Sequence record: SRR16203515_1469 | DNA: 43,596 nt | Direction: 5' to 3' (one strand) | In this document: positions 38,161-43,596 of the stretch, one piece after another | Position numbering within the stretch: position 1 is the stretch's first letter | Layout of the letters: the number at the start of each line of letters is the position of its first letter | Notes under the pieces: generated by a model | Databases searched by the model: none | Seen by the model: the letters and a program-made list of their open reading frames with translations, nothing else | What the model was told of the DNA's origin: nothing | Program-made: the position numbers and the translations under genes

Positions 38161-40671
38161 ATGAAAACACAGCACACACTTAACAGCATTACACTCGCAG
38201 TATTTGCCGCATTATCGGGCACTGCTTTTGCGCAAGATACATCCACAGCCGATGTGGAAAAGAAAGACAAAGAAAAGTATGAACAAATTGTGGTTACCGC
38301 CGCGCCTGGTGGAGCAACCATGCAGGAAGCGAGCGTGTCGGTGAGTTCGTTTGACGAAAATGATATCGTTAAACTTGCGCCACGTTCTACTGCTGAAGTA
38401 TTTCGCGCGTTACCAGGTATTCGAGCAGAATCATCTGGGGGTGGTGGTAATGCAAACATCACTATTCGTGGTATTCCGTTGGCAACAGGTGGCTCTAAGT
38501 TCTTACAATTACACGAAGACGGCCTACCGGTTCTTGAGTATGGTGATATTAACTTTGGTAACGCGGATAACTTTCTTCGTTACGATTGGTCTGTGGCCAA
38601 TGTGGAAGCAGTACGTGGGGGCTCAGCCTCTACCTTCGCAAGTAACTCGCCGGGTGGTGTAATCAACATGATCAGTAACACCGGCGAATTGGGCGGTGGT
38701 GCAATTGGAACGTCATTTGGTGTGGATTATGATGAGTTCCGTTTAGACTTTCGCTACGGCGGCGAAATAAATGACGATATGTATTATCACATCGCGGGCT
38801 TCGCTCGTGGTGGTGAAGGCCCACGTGATGTTGGCTATCAGGGCGATCAAGGTGGTCAGATAAAAATGAACATCACCAAATTGCTTGATAACGGACATAT
38901 CCGTTTCTACTACAAAAACCTTGATGATAAAGTTTCAACCTACTTGCCTTCTCCTGTAATGGTTAAAGGCGATGGTGAATATGGCCCGGTACCTGGCTAT
39001 GACGCCAGCTCACAAGCGCTAAATTCAGCCTACAATACCAATATTTCTACCTTCGATAGTTACGGTAATCCAGAGAATCGTGATGTTCGTGACGGCATCG
39101 AGTCAAAGGTAAACTCCTTCGGCGTTGAAGTGGATTTAGAGGTGGCTGATAACCTCTTTCTATTAAATAAATTCCGTATTTCTGATATTTCAGGTGGTTT
39201 TATCGCCCCCTTCGTCGATGGTTTTCCCACGGGGCCTGGCGACGTAAGTAACTTCGCCTCGGCATTGTGTGAAAGCGCGACTGACGGTGATGGCAATGCG
39301 CTTAACTGTGATAGTACCAATGTGGTGCTAGCTAATGGCCCTGGTGCAGGTGATACCTATACAGGTCAGGCTTTCACTAACCTTCAGTTCGATACTCGTA
39401 TTAACGATTTAGGTAATATGATTAACGACTTTAGCTTGCGCAAAGAGTTTGATAATGGCGTCGACCTTACTGTGGGTTACTACTACTCAAATCAAGATAT
39501 CGCTACCAGCTGGTCTAGCTGGCAAACCTTCATTCAAACTCTAGACGGTAGTAACTCACAAATGTTGACTATTACCGACGGAGACGGTGTTGAACTTGTT
39601 TCTAACGGCTTACTTTCTCCAAGCTTCTTGTCTTGGGAATGGGATCTAAACTATGTGACGACAGCGCCATATATGAACGTAGGGTTTGAACTGTCTGATA
39701 ACATTCTTATCGATGCCTCAGTACGCTATGACACTGTAGAAGCATCCGGCGAGCTTATTAATTCTTGCTGTGGCGGCAACGCAGATTTCGATGTAAATGG
39801 AAATGGTGTTATTGAGCAAATTGAAGATGCCTCTGCAGTTAATGCTGGCTTTATTAGTGGTGGGGTAATTAACCTTAACCGCGCAGGAGCGGCCTCGCAA
39901 ATTGTAGACTATGATGCTGACAATACATCTTACTCCATTGGTGGTTCTTACTTACTGAGTGACACTCAGACGTTCTTCGCTCGTTACTCGAAAGGTGGCC
40001 GTGCTATTGCCGATCGTTTACTGCAAATTGGCGGCACGCTAAATGCCGATGGTAGCCTAACCAGCACTACGTCTGGTTTCGATACCACCAAGCAATTGGA
40101 AGTGGGTTATAAGTACGGTACTCGCGACCTAATGGTTAATGCCACCTTGTTTGATACCATTACCGAGGATACTCAAGCCGAAGTAACCAGTGGGCTGACC
40201 TTTATGCGCGAATACGAGGCTACAGGGCTTGAATTCGAAGGACGTTGGAACGCTACTGACAACTTCGTGATGTCGGGTAACTTAACGTGGACTGATGCAG
40301 AAATTAGTGATGATGTGAACAATCCTGCGATAGAAGGCAATACGCCTCGTCGCCAAGCTGACTGGATTTGGACCATTACTCCTGAATACGTCACGGATTA
40401 CTGGTCAGTAGGTGCTTCGCTGCAAGGCTCTACCGAGTATTATGTACAAGACAATAATGATCTTAAGCAAGAAGGCTACAACCTTGTAAACCTATTTGCC
40501 ACCTATTGGGTAAACGATCAGTTCTCAGTATCGCTTAACGTGAACAACGCAACCGATGAGTTTATCATCACCGAATCTGAAGAAGGCTCAGCGGCTATCG
40601 GAAGCTACGTAAGAGCACGCCCGCTTAACGGTCGTACTACTGTGTTGTCCCTGAAATACATGTTTGACTAA
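38161..40671 (+). CDS. TonB-dependent receptor (probably carbohydrate uptake)
   Basis: Signal peptide, TonB box EQIVVTA, plug motifs ITIRG and VEAVRGGSAS, C-terminal GRTTVLSLKYMFD; GGAG RBS. The substrate is inferred from the operator only. Confidence 0.93.
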   Translation: MKTQHTLNSITLAVFAALSGTAFAQDTSTADVEKKDKEKYEQIVVTAAPGGATMQEASVSVSSFDENDIVKLAPRSTAEVFRALPGIRAESSGGGGNANITIRGIPLATGGSKFLQLHEDGLPVLEYGDINFGNADNFLRYDWSVANVEAVRGGSASTFASNSPGGVINMISNTGELGGGAIGTSFGVDYDEFRLDFRYGGEINDDMYYHIAGFARGGEGPRDVGYQGDQGGQIKMNITKLLDNGHIRFYYKNLDDKVSTYLPSPVMVKGDGEYGPVPGYDASSQALNSAYNTNISTFDSYGNPENRDVRDGIESKVNSFGVEVDLEVADNLFLLNKFRISDISGGFIAPFVDGFPTGPGDVSNFASALCESATDGDGNALNCDSTNVVLANGPGAGDTYTGQAFTNLQFDTRINDLGNMINDFSLRKEFDNGVDLTVGYYYSNQDIATSWSSWQTFIQTLDGSNSQMLTITDGDGVELVSNGLLSPSFLSWEWDLNYVTTAPYMNVGFELSDNILIDASVRYDTVEASGELINSCCGGNADFDVNGNGVIEQIEDASAVNAGFISGGVINLNRAGAASQIVDYDADNTSYSIGGSYLLSDTQTFFARYSKGGRAIADRLLQIGGTLNADGSLTSTTSGFDTTKQLEVGYKYGTRDLMVNATLFDTITEDTQAEVTSGLTFMREYEATGLEFEGRWNATDNFVMSGNLTWTDAEISDDVNNPAIEGNTPRRQADWIWTITPEYVTDYWSVGASLQGSTEYYVQDNNDLKQEGYNLVNLFATYWVNDQFSVSLNVNNATDEFIITESEEGSAAIGSYVRARPLNGRTTVLSLKYMFD

Positions 40672-40701
40672 AAGATGAAGTAAATCTTCTATCAGGTAAA
40701 G

Positions 40702-40728
40702 AGGCCCGCTTTTATAGCGGGCCTTTTT
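40702..40728 (+). terminator. Rho-independent terminator
   Basis: AGGCCCGCT-N5-AGCGGGCCT followed by TTTT. Confidence 0.85.
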
Positions 40729-40773
40729 GTATCTGTCCCTCGAAAACGAATAGGAAGGTATACTCGTGCATTA

Positions 40774-41478
40774 CTATTGGTTTAGGTGGTTTAACTGATT
40801 TTCGATAGCACGGGCAATTTGTTGCTGTAAATGGGCGTGCTTTTTGTGGATAACGTGGACGAGGTTATATTCCACTAAGGGCGTATAGCTAAAACCTAAC
40901 TCTGTCAGGTTGTCTAATTCCACTTCATCCGCAGGCAATATGGCGTAATTAAAGCGGCCATTGATTAACAGCGTAACGACACGGTTAAAGTCATCAAATT
41001 CAAGGATATTGGCAGCGAGGGGAAAAGAGGTTTTTTGCATATTATGATAAAAGCGCGTCGTTACTGCGATAGCATTATCAGGGTTATCAATCACGTCTTT
41101 GTGGCAATCGTGGCTATGAACACAAAATAGGTAAGATCCGGCCCGGGATATGACAGGCCCCACCGCAATAATATTGCTATTTTGTGTAACGACGTCATAT
41201 CTGATGACATCGGCATCCGTCATTGCTTTGCTCAGTAACCGCATACCGCGCTCGCCTCCTACAGGCTCAAACCTAACCGATATTCCTATCTCCTTGTAGG
41301 CATTCTCAATTAACGGTTTGTAAAAGTTTTTAACCCGCGGATGGTTGAGATAGCCAATGATAAACGGATTACTTTGGCCTCGTTTGATGGTTTCTGCCGA
41401 GAGATAACTAGTAGCAAGTACACAGGATAATACAAGAAACCTAATAAAATGTTTCCTGCCAGTAATAAAAGGCTTCAC
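40774..41478 (-). CDS. Periplasmic solute-binding-protein-like (family 3 fold) hypothetical protein
   Basis: Signal peptide; AYKEIGI, LLINGRFNYAI, LVHVIHKKH pattern. Confidence 0.6.
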   Translation of the reverse strand: MKPFITGRKHFIRFLVLSCVLATSYLSAETIKRGQSNPFIIGYLNHPRVKNFYKPLIENAYKEIGISVRFEPVGGERGMRLLSKAMTDADVIRYDVVTQNSNIIAVGPVISRAGSYLFCVHSHDCHKDVIDNPDNAIAVTTRFYHNMQKTSFPLAANILEFDDFNRVVTLLINGRFNYAILPADEVELDNLTELGFSYTPLVEYNLVHVIHKKHAHLQQQIARAIENQLNHLNQ

Positions 41479-41581
41479 ACGAAACTCCTCATCTGACGAG
41501 GCTTATAGCGCTATTCAATTAGGTTAGGCAAGATTGTCAGTATATGCCAGTGAATATAGGGTGAATGAAAATACTTTGGAC

Positions 41582-41612
41582 AAAAAAAAGCCCTGGTGAA
41601 CACCAGGGCTTT
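41582..41612 (-). terminator. Rho-independent terminator of fadE
   Basis: AAAGCCCTGGTG-AA-CACCAGGGCTTT; T8 tract on the minus strand. Confidence 0.88.
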
Positions 41613-41634
41613 CATAGGTATGTTTGCTGCTTGC

Positions 41635-43596
41635 TTAAGCGGCGCTTTGACCACCGTCAATCGCTTTTAGCGTTTGGGTCGCAGGCAGTAATTCCATATC
41701 GAAAGTATACTCATCTACGCGAACGGCAAGTTTACGTTTTTCATTGTAGTCGTGCAGCTTAGCGGCTTCATCTGCATTGATGACGCCTTTTTCTTGCAGT
41801 TTACCCAGTGCATGTTCAAATGAGATAAACGGCACCACGGGCTCTTTACGCAAGGATTTCTGTACTTTACCTAGCAGATGGGCCACTGCGTGCTTCGCTT
41901 TAAAAGCTTGCTCGTTAATATCGTTACCATCACCTGGCGTAACTCGCACTAAATGAGTTAACTGAGCCTTGACGCTATTATCCTGCATAGACGCCATAGA
42001 GAGTTCACGGACCAAATCATCGCTAATGCCTTTCACACTGTTGGAGTAAGTGTTAGTTAGCACCCGCATTAGGCCTCGTGTCGCCGTGTTCGGGAAGTTA
42101 TTGATGAAATTAACGATCGCCTGATCGGCTTGTTGAAGTGACCATTGAACCGCGTATTCAAAATACGGCAGCGCCAGTTGTCTGTCTTCAATACGCTGTT
42201 CGTAAAAACGAATAGCTGCCATAGCGCCGTAAAGGTAGCTCATTACGTCACCTAAACGTGCTGAAAGTAACTCTGCCTTTTTAAGGTCTCCGCCAAGTAC
42301 CGCCAATGATAAGTCAGCAAGGGGAGCAAGTTTGGCAGATATACTGTTTACTCGCTTTTCATACTGACGTACTTCTGGTAAGGCAGATTCAGATTCACGT
42401 AAAAATGGTAGATAGCCTTTTCCTAAACTACGGAACGCATTTTTCACACTAAAGCCCACGGTTTTACGCAGTACCTTGTTGAACTCTTTATCTGCAGAAC
42501 TTTCGTTACTGTGAATTAGGTCGACCATATCCTTAAGGTACGGGTGACAACGCATTGCACCTTGACCAAAAATCATCAGGTTACGAGTAAGAATGTTTGC
42601 ACCTTCTACTGTAATTGCGATGGGGAGTGCAGCATAACCACCTGCTAGAGTATTTTGTGGCCCACGTTGAATTGCTTTGCCCGCTTGAATGTCCATGGCA
42701 GAGTTCATTACATCACGACCGAGTTCAGTCATGTGGTATTTCGCAATAGCGGTCACCACCGATGGTTTAACCCCTAAGCCAAGTCCTTCTGTGGTCAGCA
42801 CGCGCATGGCTTCAAGTAAGAATGTCTTACCCGCAATGTCTGCCATTTTTTCTTGAATACCTTCGAAACGACCAATAGGAAGCCCAAATTGTTCGCGCAC
42901 AAATGAGTATTCAACGGTGCCTTTAAATGCTGATTGTGCGGTAGCCACACCCATCGCAGGCAATGAAATACCGCGACCAGCGCCAAGACAGCTAACGAGC
43001 ATTTGCCATCCGCGACCAATGTTCTTTTGCCCACCAATGATAAAGTCCATGGGAATAAATACGTCTTGTCCACGGGTTGTACCATTGTAGAAACGAACGC
43101 CCATAGGATCGTGACGATTACCTAATTCAACACCTGGGTGAGATTTAGGTAACAAGGCACAGGTAATACCAAGCTCTAACTTGTCGCCAAGTAGCTGATC
43201 TGGATCGAATACTTTAAAGGCTAAGCCCAGTACCGTGGCGATAGGGGCAAGGGTGATATAACGCTTATCCCAGCTTACGCGCAAGCCAAGTACTTCTTCG
43301 CCGTTAAATTCGCCTTTGGTAACTATGGCTGCATCAGGGATCGCTCCTGCATCAGAACCCGCTTCAGGGCTAGTCAGTGCGAAGCAAGGAATGTCGCGGC
43401 CATCAGATAGGCGAGGTAACCAATAATCTTGTTGCTCAGTAGTGCCGTAGTGCATTAGAAGCTCACCGGGACCTAACGAATTAGGAACCATTACTGTTAC
43501 CGCTATGGCACCGCTTTTCGCGGCAATGGTTGCCACTATTGTCGAGTTAGCGTAAGGGCTAAACTCAAGACCACCAAACTTCTTAGGGATAATCAT
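41635..43596 (-). CDS. fadE: FadE-type acyl-CoA dehydrogenase with C-terminal DUF1974 (5' end outside window)
   Basis: VMVPNSLGPGELL, FALTSPEAGSDAG, REQFG, PIAITVEGANILTR, SARLGDVMS. Confidence 0.9.
   Translation of the reverse strand: MIIPKKFGGLEFSPYANSTIVATIAAKSGAIAVTVMVPNSLGPGELLMHYGTTEQQDYWLPRLSDGRDIPCFALTSPEAGSDAGAIPDAAIVTKGEFNGEEVLGLRVSWDKRYITLAPIATVLGLAFKVFDPDQLLGDKLELGITCALLPKSHPGVELGNRHDPMGVRFYNGTTRGQDVFIPMDFIIGGQKNIGRGWQMLVSCLGAGRGISLPAMGVATAQSAFKGTVEYSFVREQFGLPIGRFEGIQEKMADIAGKTFLLEAMRVLTTEGLGLGVKPSVVTAIAKYHMTELGRDVMNSAMDIQAGKAIQRGPQNTLAGGYAALPIAITVEGANILTRNLMIFGQGAMRCHPYLKDMVDLIHSNESSADKEFNKVLRKTVGFSVKNAFRSLGKGYLPFLRESESALPEVRQYEKRVNSISAKLAPLADLSLAVLGGDLKKAELLSARLGDVMSYLYGAMAAIRFYEQRIEDRQLALPYFEYAVQWSLQQADQAIVNFINNFPNTATRGLMRVLTNTYSNSVKGISDDLVRELSMASMQDNSVKAQLTHLVRVTPGDGNDINEQAFKAKHAVAHLLGKVQKSLRKEPVVPFISFEHALGKLQEKGVINADEAAKLHDYNEKRKLAVRVDEYTFDMELLPATQTLKAIDGGQSAA

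Overview
Chromosomal window from a marine gammaproteobacterium; the gene content (TonB-dependent receptors, DUF3718, DUF2780, rbgA, rlmF) suggests Alteromonadales, which is an inference. I saw no rRNA, tRNA, CRISPR array, integrase or transposase. In order it holds: a 5'-truncated TonB-dependent receptor, a TPR-sulfotransferase, a LysR regulator and gabDT; a porin; a signalling cluster (PAS hybrid kinase, PAS-GGDEF, MCP); a microcin-like precursor with a candidate immunity gene; a short class I adenylate cyclase; housekeeping genes (yehS-like, gloA, aidB, rlmF, a TrmH-family methylase, rbgA, upp, tdk, fadE); several secreted proteins; and a second TonB-dependent receptor with a LacI-type operator. 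The best finds are not in the ORF track. (1) A complete ribosome-mediated attenuator at 32881-33030, with a 15-aa Tyr/Phe-rich leader MQNVVFNYFYNYTHA and 1:2, 2:3 and 3:4 helices, controls a lone 78-aa XRE-type HTH gene rather than a biosynthetic or tRNA-synthetase operon. (2) An orphan class II microcin-like cassette with a double-glycine leader lies at 13829-14333. (3) A 370-aa 'hypothetical' protein carries the ordered motifs of a divergent CYTH/triphosphate tunnel metalloenzyme. (4) An unlisted 44-aa basic small protein has its own promoter, RBS and terminator. All family calls come from motif recognition by eye; no searches were run.
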